A stretch of DNA of 64,000 bases, taken from positions 62,001 to 126,000 of the forward strand of contig JAAILG010000172.1 in NCBI GenBank assembly GCA_012026655.1. The letters are read 5' to 3'. The stretch's first letter is position 1. Each line of letters starts with the position of its first letter. Under the pieces are notes generated by a model. That model was not told where the DNA came from. It did not search any database and was given only the letters and a program-made list of their open reading frames with translations. Position numbers and translations under genes: made by a program. The DNA is from Hydrolagus affinis. Taxonomy: Eukaryota. Of this stretch, positions 1 to 13,004 are shown piece by piece.

Positions 1-2939
1 GATTTTACAGTAAAGCTCCAAACTTTCCAACTCAAAAAATTAAAAACAAATCACTTTCTCTGCTGGCTTTCATCAATCCCAGTTCAGATATTGTAAGCAA
101 ATTGCCATTGTACATTCAATGCAGTATATATATCCTGCGATAAAACTATTCATCTTACTGGGACCTTGTGAGTGGAGATAGATGAACTCCTGAAATAACA
201 CGTTAGATGGTACCTGATCATTTGGATTTTACTTCACATTACCCTTTTTGGGGTGAAACACATATTTTAGATAGATCTTTAAATGTAATAGAAATGATCA
301 TAACTCTATACAAAGCACACCATTCAAACTTATGTATTCATCCATAGTTATGTAAATGACTACCTCACAAAATGTTACTGTAATTAAATTTGGTTTGAGA
401 ACGCTTCTAAACAAGAAAAATGCTGTTTTCGCTAAATAGAAAATATGTTCGCAGATTATGGGCAAATTATTTCACCTGTTTCTAAATTGTTTCTTCTCCC
501 AAATAATTCTTCAGTCTAAAAATTGAATTTTGCTGGTGATTGAGAGGTTTGAGACCTTGCAGTGAAGTATGTTCGAGTATTTATCAGGTTCAGTCAATTT
601 ATGATGTGGATTTTGACTTCAATTATGTAAATGACATGGCTGGCAGTAAAATACAGTGACCAACAGCCTTGCCTGCTCCAAAAAATGTCACTAATTTAAC
701 TAACTAGTTGTGTCAAAGTACAGTCAGTATAACATAGCAAAAGACACACAATTTTGTATAAATGTAAAGGTCTGTCAGAATGATGAACAAAATCTGCATA
801 GAAAGGCTTGTTTTACAACACTGCAAGCTCTGAAACTTGGGATTGAGTTCACATGCCAAATTTCATTTTCAGCACAGATTCTAGAACCAGCAATCACAGT
901 GAAATGCTATTTTGACAAATATTGCATTGAACAGTTCAATTGGAATAAGTATGAATACTGAACTAACAATGGGCAGAAGGAAGTGACTAACAGTGAAGGG
1001 ATATATACTTCACAACCTCAGCAACCTCAGCAAAACACGTGCCATCTTTTTAAATTGTTCTTAGACCAAATGTGTTCAAAAAATCTTTCAGACATTTCCA
1101 CAGCTCATTGAATGATGTTAGTGAAGGGCTGACATGAAGCTCTTCACTCACATCAAAATACATGGCTGTCCAGTCGTGTGCCCTGCAAAACAGAAATGGA
1201 TCGAGACTCATTCTTGGTGTTTCAGCTCCCCAAAAAACGAAGCTATTAGGAACCAAAACATGTTCTGTAATGATACATTCAATCTATTTTTAAATTTAGG
1301 ATGAATGCTTCAGGAAGTTTAAAACCAACGCATCAGCTTCAATGACAGGAATAGTTTGTTCTCTTCAAATCCAGTCTGCTTTTTAACACTAATACAAGAG
1401 AAGGCTAACCAAAATGGCATCTTAGAAACATAACTGTAACTTAAGGTCATTACAGTACATGGCTACTGCACAAATTGAAACAAGAAGAACTCACAATCTT
1501 CTTGAGTGGCTGAGGCAAACCGGCACTGATTTTAAACCTGGGTCATTAGCAAGGAAATCTTTTCACCTTCACCGGGAAAGAGATTTCCATTGAAATAGGC
1601 TGTTTAGTTGAGCAAAGCTCCCAATTGATAACTTTGAATCACTGTAATAAGTTAATATCCTGCCAAAGGGCAGAACTGGCAATTGCCACATGTAAGGAGT
1701 TGTGTGACACAATTGGGACTTGCTCCCGACGTGAAAGGCGCTATACAAAGGTAATTTTGTTGTTGTTGTATTCACGAAGATCTTACCCAAGAAAACTAAC
1801 CTTAACACTGTCCTCATTTTTTCCCAATTGAAATGTGTTGATTTCTTTCTCGATATATTTGAAGTGTTTGTTCAATCTGGTTATGAGTTAGAAAAGCTTG
1901 CTAGTTCAGAGTTAGTCGGATTAGACTCTGAATTGTGCACAGCAGCTGAGCTCTAAACTAAGAATTTGTTTCTAACATTGTTTCATAGAAGAAAGAGTAG
2001 GTGTTAAAAACACCATAACACTGTTGAATCTACTGTCTGATACATTTGGTTTTGTCAATATTTCAAAACATTTAAAGCTGCAAAAGCAAGATAGGATTTA
2101 AAAATAAAAATAAAGTACTCCCCAAATATTTGGAACCTGAAATGTGAACATTTGTGCTTGCAATTCTACTGCAGTATGAGCACTGCAAGTGCATTGGGAT
2201 CAGAAAATCAACTCAGGCTGTGCTTCAGTCAGCTCTTAACCCTCTTAACTCCTGCCACTCCCACCCCCGCCAACCCATAGGCCAAGTATGTGCGTGCATA
2301 AAATTGCATCACAAGCCGATGAGACCAGATTGAAACACTAATGCTCACATTTAATTATTCTAAGTGAAAAAAAATCTCTACAATAAGGAGAGTTTTAGAT
2401 TTCTTTACCCTCTTAAGAGTTCTCCGGGTTAGTTTGGAGACTGCTTGGGCAGACAGATAAGGTGAAAATGACACATTCGTAGAAGCAGATAAGAAAGAGC
2501 AAATAAGAAATAAACAGCAGCAACATATTCCCTTCTTACAATCTAAGTTAAGGGGAATCTACATCCTGGAGGCGAGAGGCCTGAAGGTGATTAGGATTGT
2601 ATTGTTTTTGAACGGTTAAACCTAGAATCAAGGAGATTAATGGTATAATAAGATTCAGCAAATCTCAGCAACGGTAGTGTTGGTTCCTCCGCTGAAGCTA
2701 AAACTGCTGATCCATACTGTTGGGCCCATATATTGCGCAACACCATTCATATTGATTTTGGAGAGGAATATATAAAATTGTTGGAGAATTTAAGTTACAT
2801 GGGATTTTAAGAGCACTCTTAAGACATGCCCAATCAATTATTTAATCAAATACTTTAAACCTCTGCAATATTAGTATTTGTAGCCTGTTGAATTTGATGC
2901 TTGGTGTTCACTAAGCTTCCCATTTTGTTATAAACTTGT

Positions 2940-3155
2940 TCAAATCAGTCTCTCCATTGGAGGAGGCTGCACCATGTTCCACATCTCCACACGTGACCCC
3001 TCCTTCTCCTGTCGGCTGGGGCTGTAGGTCCCCTGTGTTGCTCTCTTATTCAAGGCCACAATGAAGGCTGCGAGAACTAGAAGCAGAATCAGCAACAGAG
3101 TCACGGTCACCAACCCAATGTACAGAAGAACTTCTGAGGTCCAAACGTCCAGGTC
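2940..3155 (-). CDS. CRB1: CRB1 canonical last exon (exon 12): TM helix plus cytoplasmic tail
   Basis: Not in the ORF track. Acceptor ctgtacaacag|, phase 0. Translates [71 protein letters not shown], the CRB1-type tail with FERM-binding GTY and PDZ-binding ERLI motifs. Confidence 0.97.
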   Translation of the reverse strand, partial: DLDVWTSEVLLYIGLVTVTLLLILLLVLAAFIVALNKRATQGTYSPSRQEKEGSRVEMWNMVQPPPMERLI

Positions 3156-3389
3156 CTGTTGTACAGAGTCAAAACAGTTAAAGAAAAGTTTAACCCACAG
3201 AGGGTTAGCTTTGAAGCTGCCATGCTACGAAAAACACATTCAATTCTGAAGCCTCACAATAATTGCAATTCCTCCTAGGTTGTTTGATAATACAGTACAA
3301 TACAGGGAATACCTGGGACTTGCCGGATTTTTTAAAATATTCTTCCCAACATAAACACAACTCTTACACAGCACAGGTGCCTGAATGTA

Positions 3390-3611
3390 TCAGATCAGCC
3401 GCTCCTCTGGTGGCAATTTGAGAGTACTGTTCATTTCCATCCGCGATCCAGTGTGTTCCTGATTGCTCGGGCTGTACGTTCCTTCAGTCTGACGCTTGTC
3501 ACGCAGTTTTAAAATCAGAACAAACAGAATGATAGCCAGGACTATCACTCCTGCAATGACGCACGGGACCACAATAGCTGCTATGTTTACTTTATAAGGT
3601 GCTGGATTTGT
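3390..3611 (-). CDS. Second Crumbs TM/tail exon, CRB3-like (coding exon 3 of the nested CRB3-like gene)
   Basis: Acceptor attattttcacag|, phase 0. Translates [73 protein letters not shown]. [12 protein letters not shown] and [10 protein letters not shown] are CRB3-type signatures. Confidence 0.92.
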   Translation of the reverse strand, partial: TNPAPYKVNIAAIVVPCVIAGVIVLAIILFVLILKLRDKRQTEGTYSPSNQEHTGSRMEMNSTLKLPPEERLI

Positions 3612-4749
3612 CTGTGAAAATAATTTTAGATTTTTATTAGAAATTCTCACAAAAATGGGACCAGGATCAATCTAGGCAGTCCCATCCTCACCATATTTTT
3701 TGTTAAGAATTGGAATGGCTCTGAGCTCTACATCATCCCCATTATGAGCAAACTGCACTTACACTATTTTTTGAAGCTTTATTAAAACATAAGTAGAACT
3801 TCTCTAAAGGAAAATAGAATTTATGTCCTTGTTTTGTTTCACCTTTGTGATGTAACTTGGCTCTCGAGTTGTCAATGTTGATTCCTGATCTGAAGTCAAG
3901 TGATCCTAGGCAGAATGGAAGTAGGGGCATAATTGCCCACATAACCCCCTGGTTAGGAAGCATTACGACTTCTGATTGCTACTTGTTGAGATGCCCATTA
4001 CACAGGGCAAGCGCAGAGATGTTGGCTGAGCTCAGGGTCGGGCAATGGATAGTTTCCAGTGGCTGTGGAAGCTTACCCAGTACCCAAAGGAGAGGGTGAA
4101 ATAAATGAAAAGATCCAGTGTAATAATTCTTTACTTTAAGATGGCTGAAGGTGAGATAGCTAAAGTCCAATGAGAATTGAGGCTGTAATTTAAAGTTAGG
4201 TCCCCAGCAAGGGAATCCACAATCACTGAATAGAATTAATGGATAACTCTAAGTTTGTCCTTGTATCCTACCAATTCGACTACCTTATTTATGCACAAGT
4301 TACTTGACCTTGCAGATTTATGAAGTGTTCGATTGCAAAAAAAAGTTCTAGAATAAAGCTATATTTTAAGCATGAAGTTCATTATTATTTAATATATTTT
4401 TAATTCAAAACATGTTTTTTAAAATCATGGCCTTCCTTCATGGGAAACATTTACTCAACAAAAGCACAAAAGATAGAAAGGTATTTTAAATGCAGTCAGT
4501 TTCTTGCAAGGTTACTTGTAGCCAGATGCATTCCTGGGACTAATTTCTCAATAGCTGTAGCACTGATCACTGTATCAATCTAACACTGTCCAATTAATGG
4601 CATTTGAAAGATTAAATGAAGTTTCAAAGGTAAGCCTACCTAGACATAGAGAACCAGTTTTATTGACCCCTTCATGTATTACAGCATGAAAGCTGAGTCC
4701 AATTCAAAACATAGATTAGAATGCTGTCAAGTTAAATCTATCAACTTAC

Positions 4750-4802
4750 AGATGTGGTATTATCAGCAATTGTTGATTGTGAAGGATCTGTTACATTCGA
4801 CA
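4750..4802 (-). CDS. Short ectodomain exon (coding exon 2) of the nested CRB3-like gene
   Basis: ggttcctttgcag|TG TCG AAT...ACA TCT|gtaagt; 53 nt, phase 1 to phase 0. Encodes (V)SNVTDPSQSTIADNTTS, S/T-rich with two N-glycosylation sequons. Bridges the 7861 donor and the 3611 acceptor in frame. Confidence 0.82.
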
Positions 4803-6754
4803 CTGCAAAGGAACCAACACTATCATAAAGATGTTACTGAATTGATGCAAATTTGTAATTTCAAAGTCAAGTCACAACTTTACCAGATAATCAACAAAAA
4901 TTGCAAACACCTGTCTCTTGTTATGAAGGAAGCTGTTAGTGTCCGCTGAGCACTTTTTAAAATATATCCTTTTTAAGGGCAGTTAAGGATTACATGACAG
5001 CAGGTAAGTGCTTTTAAGTCAGGGGAGAATTGCCAGGCCATCTTCATGTGATTCCAGAGCCTCAAGTACAGGAAAATAGCTCTGATCTGTGCCACAAAGT
5101 GACTTTGGGATATCAAGCCTCCTTTTTATGCAAAATGATGAATATAGACGTTTAAGAATGTTAAAAATTCTTAAACCTTAAAAAGGTTAAAACTGAAACC
5201 TTAGAAACTGAAAATGTGCATTTAAATTATGCATCACTTGCATGCAATATAGCTGGAAAAAATATGGCTATTCACAAAAGGTTTCTTAACTAGACAATGC
5301 TCTTTCAAACTAGATATTGCTCCTTTGACAAGTTACAAGCTATCCATTCTCTAGACTGCCTGCTCTCATTATTCAACAACAGGTACTACATGTTGAGCAC
5401 TGTTCTTCTAATGTGGTTCAGACAATAAAGATTAAGAACTATTGTTAGTGGTATTGTTTAGAGGGATTCAACAGATTGTGGCAAGGGCAAGTTGTGTTTT
5501 CAGATATACTTTAAAGAAATTTAAAGAAAGCCCAGACCTCTCTCTTTGGAGGCCCTAGTAGGGATCTAAGCCAGACTCAAGAGCTGTGACTGCACATTCC
5601 CACCAATTCACTGGTTGACCCAGTTTCTCTGGTATGGATTGATGCAACAGGCTGATTACCATGACATTCCCTGAATCCGAGTAAATGTGGAGCCTGGCAG
5701 ACTGCCCATTACAGGGTGTGCTGCCATTATACTTAAAGCTGAAACTAAAATTATACCTGTAAATCTCACTGGCTGAAAATGTTGTGTCTGTTACATATAT
5801 TTACACTTTGCAGTATATTCTGGGAAGCACTTTGAGATGTCTCAATGATGTGATAAGTCGCTATATCATATGCAAGGATGATTATTGTTATCAAACGTTG
5901 TATGGTTTAACATGTTATAATATATTAACATGGTATAATATTTTATACATGGTATAGCACAAATTTTCTAATGTAACTAATTTTCTAAGGCAGCCATTTT
6001 TAACTGATGTCTAAGATAAAAGAAAATTGACAATTACAGACATTAATATTCTTTTGACTGAAAAAATCTCTCTGAGCTCCTTCTTCATTGTTTTCGCTTT
6101 ATAATACTTACAGTTAACCTACCATCTTGGCCTGGCTGTTTATTGCACTATAGTTTTCTTTGAACATTATTTCCCCATTCTTTATATTTAATGTAGCTTG
6201 AAACTGTGAGGCTCAGACTAGGAATGTCTTCTTCCCCATTTACAAGGTTAAATGAGAGCTTGCTGCATGTGATTTGGTGGCAAAATTTTATCAAATTTTA
6301 TGGTCTTTTATGAATTCGAAAAAAGCTTCTGGGACTTGTCACACGACTCACCTTCATTTTGCAAAAGATTAATTAAGTGTTCAGACAGGCTGGTGTTATA
6401 TAGTGGAGATAATGATGCTTTACTCACCATTTGTGCCTACATTACTATATCTCTAAAATCCCATGATGTTGTTTCTCAAATAGAGTCTTTTAATTTATTC
6501 TCACTCTTTGCTTTTTCCTTTCTCAAAAGGTTTGAGGAAATGCTTATATTTTAAACTATAGTTTAATACCCTTTGTTTCAATGCTGCATTGGAGGGTACA
6601 CTTTAAGTTTAGATGAGAAGTTATGTATCTGTCTGATTGACGCCTGTTGTTGATGTACTATATTCAGTCACAATATCTTTATCATGTGGCAAACGGTTCA
6701 AACAAAATTCTGCTGATCTATCTTGGTACGGATACAATCACAATTCTAGGTGTC

Positions 6755-6990
6755 AGCCTGGCTCAGTTGGTAGGACACTCCCCTCTGTGGAGTCAGAAAG
6801 CTGTGTTTCAAATCCAATCAAATGCAAGGATTATTATATTGGGGAATTGAAATCACAGCTGACACTTAAGTGCAGCGATGGGGAACACCACATTGACTTC
6901 AGATACAACGTGATACCAAGGTCCACTCTGTCTGTTCAGGTGGACATGAAAGATCCCATTGCACTATTCAAAAGCGAAAGCGAGTTTTTC
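6755..6990 (+). mobile_element. Old Deu-domain SINE fragment (SacSINE1/AmnSINE-like)
   Basis: tRNA-like head gcctggctcagttggtag followed by ccaaggtcc...tctgttcaggtggacatgaaagatcccattgcactattc, which resembles the Deu core. A similar copy lies at 34010-34295. Confidence 0.65.
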
Positions 6991-7860
6991 TCAAAATGTT
7001 TCTGATGTTTGCGAATAGGATTTTTTAAAGGAAACACTACTTGTAATTCTCACGGTGGTTGCTTTAATTTCTTGTTATTTCTAGATTAAGACACTGCGAG
7101 AAATTTCAGCACATCTCCTGATCAACATTATTATTTGTTTTTCAAAAATGAATAGTTTGAGATGCCTGGTGCCTCAGTTATAACCCAATAACCAACTGTC
7201 CTTTCACAAATTACTATCATCTGATTGTCCTGAGCTTCTGAAAACGGTAAGCAATTTACATTATTATAGCACATTTCAAATTGGGTGGATGTCACAAAGC
7301 ATTTCACACAACTTGCTGGTTATTGAAATCTTTGGTGGACGCTTGGGGGTTGGAGGGGGGGTGGGGGGTTGGGAGTCGATAATGGCTATGACTGAAGAGA
7401 GAGGTCTTATTGTGTCTTTTGTGGGCAGGGAGAGAGGGTGAGGCAGAGGGATTCCAGGATGAAGTTCCAGGAAGTAGGGAAGAGAGAAAGTTCCAGTGAC
7501 TGTTTCCTACCTATTAATAGAAATACTAATCTTTTCGATCAATCATTTGGGTTCACATGGTCCTTCACCCAGAACGTATTTAACTATTTAACATTAGAAG
7601 CAGGTATCACCTTGATCCCAACTTCACACAGCATTTTGCTCACACAATTTGTTGCTAATCACAATGTTGCAACAATGAACTATTAGAAATTTAGTGTCAT
7701 TACCCATTCTCTGTGTAAAACATGGCTTTTCTGTTGCTGTAAAAATAGTGCTAATTTGTTTAAAAAATTAACAAAGTCGCTAAGTTTAAACAAAATCTTA
7801 ATGTGTGTACTCTACTTTTACCTTTGTGACATTCTTTATCGTATTCAAAATAAGGTTTAC

Positions 7861-7939
7861 CTGTAGAGATTGAAGAGTCTGCCTTTAACAAAAATATTAA
7901 AAGCGGAAGCCAAACGAGGTTTAAAAGCATTCTTTCCAT
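7861..7939 (-). CDS. Signal-peptide exon (coding exon 1) of the nested CRB3-like gene
   Basis: aatATGG Kozak context; MERMLLNLVWLPLLIFLLKADSSIST + G|gtaaac, phase 1. In-frame upstream ATG at 7954. Candidate exon acceptor cccttttacag at 8072-8073. Confidence 0.8.
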
Positions 7940-8984
7940 ATTAAGCACAACCATTTGAAATACAGTCCCAGGATTTTGGTGATAGTACAGAAGAATTCAG
8001 TCATTGGAAAGACCTTCCACCACCAACAAGCTCGCAATGTAGCACAATGAATGTATCTGTACTTCAGGCTGCTGTAAAAGGGTGATTCATCTTTGTAGTT
8101 CCTACTATACTCGACCTCTTTTCTTTTTCTGCTCGATGAACCTTAGTGCCTTTACTTTGCCATCACTATTCCAGTGAAAAATGTTGAAATTGATCTAAAG
8201 ATGTGCAGTCAGATTCGTTTTAGCATTCACCGGTAACCTCTCTCTGTACATTTTAACGCTAGCAATTTCTGTCGGCCGCCCTTCACATACCTGGCTCTAG
8301 TTTCAGGTTACAGCCACACCTGAACCCTGCAGATAAAATATCCAAGCCTACAGTACAACCTATTGTTAGGTCCCCATTGCTGCCTTCAGCTGGCCTTGGA
8401 AAAATGGACCAAAAAAATCTTCAAAATAAAAAGCTTCTTGAACTCTTTCATAGTACAATACTGACATTAATTTGCGTTTTAAAAAAACACAGCTTTGTAT
8501 GCTGCAATTGAGCTACATATCAAGATTAATCTGCACTGACCTTGACTAAAACACAAACTCACTTTACTCTCCCTTACTGGTTTTGCCCCCTATTTATTTA
8601 TGAAGCAAGAGGTTATATTAAGATGTCTTTGTATTGATCTTGTGGATTCTTTGAATCTCTAGCTTTTCTGTATTCATAAGTACATTTGAACATCTCAAAA
8701 GTATGAGCCTAAAAATATCAGGGCTGGTTATCGATTAATTTAAAGTAAATTGAATGGTTTTGAATCTATGGTTGAGTCAAATTTGGAATGAGGCTTAGGA
8801 GGACTTGTAGAAGGTCATGGGATTCCAGATATCTAATCAATTGAATTCCACTATTCGCTCCCAGTACTTCAGTGAATTGAATTTAAGATCATCATGGACT
8901 GTGTTTCATTGCATGGTGTTGGCCCACTCTACATATGCAATCTCCTCTTGTACTAAATTCCAGCCCATATTATTTGCTCTTTCA

Positions 8985-9110
8985 ATACAGAAACAGATGT
9001 AGGCCATTCAGCATCTCGAGCCTGTTCTGTCATTCTATAAGATCATGGCTGATCTGTACTTCAAGTCCAACTACCTGCACTTGTCCTGTATTCCTTAATA
9101 CCCTGACCTA
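8985..9110 (-). mobile_element. CR1-like LINE 3' end fragment
   Basis: aggccattcagcatctcgagcctgttctgtcattctataagatcatggctgatctg resembles the antisense 3' end of fish CR1 elements. Confidence 0.55.
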
Positions 9111-9815
9111 ACAATTAGCCATCTACTCTGATTTATTGCACATTTTGCTGTCTCTGACACTTCACCAAAGTAGAAACTTCACCCTGGTTACCTCTCTCCG
9201 TACCTTCAAAAAAAAACATATCTCTTAAACTGCCTTTGGTCAACACCTTTGAATCTCTTATTTCCCTGCTTGGTGTCCACCTCTATATTTTTTCATGTCA
9301 AAACTGCTGTATAAATGAATTGTGTTGCTGTTTTTGAGGCTGCCTGCTGCAAGACCCGCCACCTGGTGGTGCCTTATATCAATTTGTAGCAAGAGGCAAT
9401 GAGGTGGACAATGCAAAACATCAGGCTTAATGACAGAAGGCACTCTTTCTGTGCGTACAGATTCCTATCATTCAAGAGACACAGGTGGAATTCCATTTGC
9501 AATATATTTGCATTAAACCATTCTAATCTGGTTCTTTGATTCCAAAATAATACCACAATTCTCAGAGAATTATGGCCATATAATTTTATATTAAAAAAAT
9601 TCTTGGGCAAATCAAACTGTTATGAAATGTAGCAGTTGGAAACTATTTTAAAATTTTAATTTTATTTTTAATTTTAAAACTACAATGGTGAGATACTCAT
9701 CTCTTCATATTGCCATGTGTTATATCCTGTAAGTTCTAGTGTATAAGTTCTACATTTGTATGTCTTTAAGTTCTAACAACTTGGTTCCTACTTGCTGCTA
9801 GGCAAACAGAGGTGG

Positions 9816-9911
9816 GTGGAGTAAGGAAACTTATCCAAAGTTTCGCCCTGCCCGGAAATCAAACCTTTTGCTTGTAAGGCACATGCTCTAACCACTAAGC
9901 GACAGGACTCC
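9816..9911 (-). mobile_element. tRNA-derived SINE, 5' head only
   Basis: Reverse complement ggagtcctgtcgcttagtggttagagca...gggcgaaactttggataagtttccttactccac matches the dominant SINE in this window. Confidence 0.8.
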
Positions 9912-12900
9912 ACTTTAAACAGGTGAGGACTTGTTAGTAATTGTCTTCTATATAAAGATTAGGCTTCTTCAAGTCTTCTAAAATGGTCTTATCAAAGCAA
10001 ATAACTCCGACTCAAAGGCTTACGTAAAGCCAATTGACTCACTGATGTTGGTAACAATATACAATGCTAACCACAATTGCTTCTGAAATAAATAGCACAA
10101 CCTCCTCAAAAGCCTGACAACACATATAAGGAAGTGGATACTAGGAGCACAGTTGGATGTTTCTTTCCTTCACCTTCCAGCCCACAATGAATGAATCATT
10201 GGATTCTCATTTTAATCTTTAGAGAACCAAGTCAATAATAAATAGCTTGGCATTTAAAAACTTTGTTTAAACCACAAAAGTACCCATCGCACCATCTTGC
10301 GTAAAACGTGTAAAGACATTTTAATGTAGACGCTTCATGTGTCATAACTGAAACATGGAAACTGCAAGAAGGAACCTGCATCCTACCACACCAATGCAAT
10401 GTGCCACCGAGGGCTAAACTGTGTGGAATTGGTTTCATTCATAAAATTACACTGTGCCTAATGCAAAGATACCTCGAGAACTTTATTATTTGTTTAGAAA
10501 GTAAACTTAAACATTACGAGAGAAATGTTTCAAAAGCCTTAATGCGTGAAATACATCGTCTGTCGATCCGACATCAATCTCATTCCCAGACTCATAATCC
10601 AGGAATGAATCTGTATTAAGAAGTCCTCAAGCCAATCTGCAAAAGGGTCAGTATATCTTGGACTCAAGGTATTTAGGCTAAACACTTACAGAACTTGCAT
10701 TACTGACTTCTTAAACTGTAAATGGTTTGTGTGGTGGAGAATGGGGTATCTTTGTTCATTTCTTTTTAAATCGGAAATGTAAATATTCGATTTACATCAG
10801 ATGTTTGAGAGGCTGTCATGTAACAACATGCCATAATTACTATCTTAAGCATTCCAGTATCAAAGTGCGAATTAAACTGAAAGCTAACACAGTGCTATGA
10901 GACATAGCGAAAAGAAGAATGCCTTACCAGTCCAGTTCAAACTCTTTTCACAAAAGCAAACTAGAAATTTGATGAGTGTCCAAAAGGAAACTAGCTATAA
11001 ACAACACAGTAAAGATTTTGAGCTGTCTTAATCCTTGCAAATTATAGAAAGGATAGATGTCAGCAGGCTGTGATATTTCACCGGAGTTAAATCAACTCCC
11101 ATCATATTTTGCCTGTAAAATACAGTCAATCTAATTTATTGTGTATCCTTTGAAGTGCCTTGAGACATCAACAATGTGATAAGGCTCTACATTAAATGCA
11201 AGTGTTATTATTGTAATTATTTTTTAACAAAATTGACTGTCTAAGATTACATTTGAGGAATACCCAACATGAGCTAAGCATCTGGTACCTCAAAAAGGAG
11301 CACAAGTAAAGTCACTGGCAACCTGATGATCCAAAGTTAACTTCTTTTAAACACAGGAGCCGGGCGAGTGCACAGGAAGCAAGCCAGTCTGCTGTTTGGA
11401 ATTTTTAGTGAATAAACAACCTGTGGTATAACAAGCACGTGTTAGATAATGGAGTTCGATTTGGACTGAAACAGTACGGCTCATTGCAAAACCTCTTGCG
11501 GTTAAAAGCGGGTTAACAACTCTCAATGACACAACTCCCACTTCTTCAAAGTTTTTGCCAGGAAGGTTGAGTAGTAGAGAACAGGACACTGGACTAGTCT
11601 TTTTTTTTTAAAAAAAGCAGCTTGGTCCTGTGATAGGAAGGCAAGTATTTTGGAGGGGGGATGAGATCAGATGTGCCAGTGGATCGTCTTCATCCAAACC
11701 AATCTTGTGATCAATCTGGTGATTAAATGTTTTTCAGCGATTGCCACATGTGCAGAGGGTCTGTCTGTTTTCCTTGCTCTGAGCCAAGAAGAGCAACACA
11801 GAGCTAGCAGTTTAATAGTAAACCACAACGTTGTTTAAAATCGCTCACTGAAAAGGGACACCTTTTTGCTTGGTGTCAGGAGTAGAACTGTGGCATGATT
11901 TACTAATAAGGCAAACCAAGATCTGTCTTTTTTGTAAGTATACATTTAAGTTAGTTTTTAATGAAAGAAAAGAATAAGGAAGGAAGACAAAGATACAATG
12001 ATGGATGTGTTTAATAACTCATTTGATAGCGCTAGACATATGCACATTCAATATGGAGTCACGTATAGATATTTTCACACACAGAAACACACACATACAC
12101 ATGCACACAAAGGCAGAACAACATTAAGAACATTATACAGAATGGTTCCACATGACAACAAGTGACATGAGAGAGAAATAGAGTGAAGAGACGTAGAATA
12201 TTAGAAATGCTGGTGAAAGCGGATGATTAACGAGGCGATACATGAACAAGTACAAAAGAGAAATCGTGACAACCTAATCCTCCTGCTTCCTAAATTTGCC
12301 TTCATGGCATTTATGTCTTCTATGATGATATCTAAATGATATCTTAGAAACGTTGTTGTGAATATGTTGGAAGTTTGGTGTCCACATTTTGTGACATGGA
12401 TAAAAGCTATTCCAATAACCCAGGTATTCCCATTTCCATTATCAAATAAACCAGTCATCGCATTTTCGGTGCATTTCTTACTTACTCTTGGTCTATTTTT
12501 TTTTCTTTGAGCAGGACAACTCTATCTGATATAATTATGTCCTGCCAAATACTATTACTGCATAACTCAAAATAGAGCTAGTAAACCAGGAAAAAGTAAA
12601 CATTTGTTGTAGCATATCTCTAAATACACCAAGGTTAGAAAAACTGAGAACCTTAAATGTAAACTACATATTTACAGAGATAGAGAATAAAATATTTACA
12701 GCATATTTCTTTTTTAAACTATTGATAGAAACTTATTCAAAAACAAAGTCACAGTAGTAGGAACTAATATTTAATTCATGAGAAATTCAAACCATTTAAT
12801 GATGGATCCTATCATTAAAGGCATAATACTGAAATGGAAAGCAATATTTTTTGGTCTATTATTGATTTACTAAGAATTTACTTAGCATGGGATCGGAATA

Positions 12901-13004
12901 TTGCATATAGCGTTGGAAGGACTTTAATTTCATAAAACATTTCAGCTTTTCTGAGACTTGTCTGTATTTTCACTATATACAGTGAAAATAAATGTATGTC
13001 ATTT

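Noticed and set aside
1-2300. Possible 3' end of a convergent neighbour (DENND1B in mammalian synteny)
   Set aside because: No recognisable coding exon; + strand AATAAA motifs near 2103 are not sufficient evidence.
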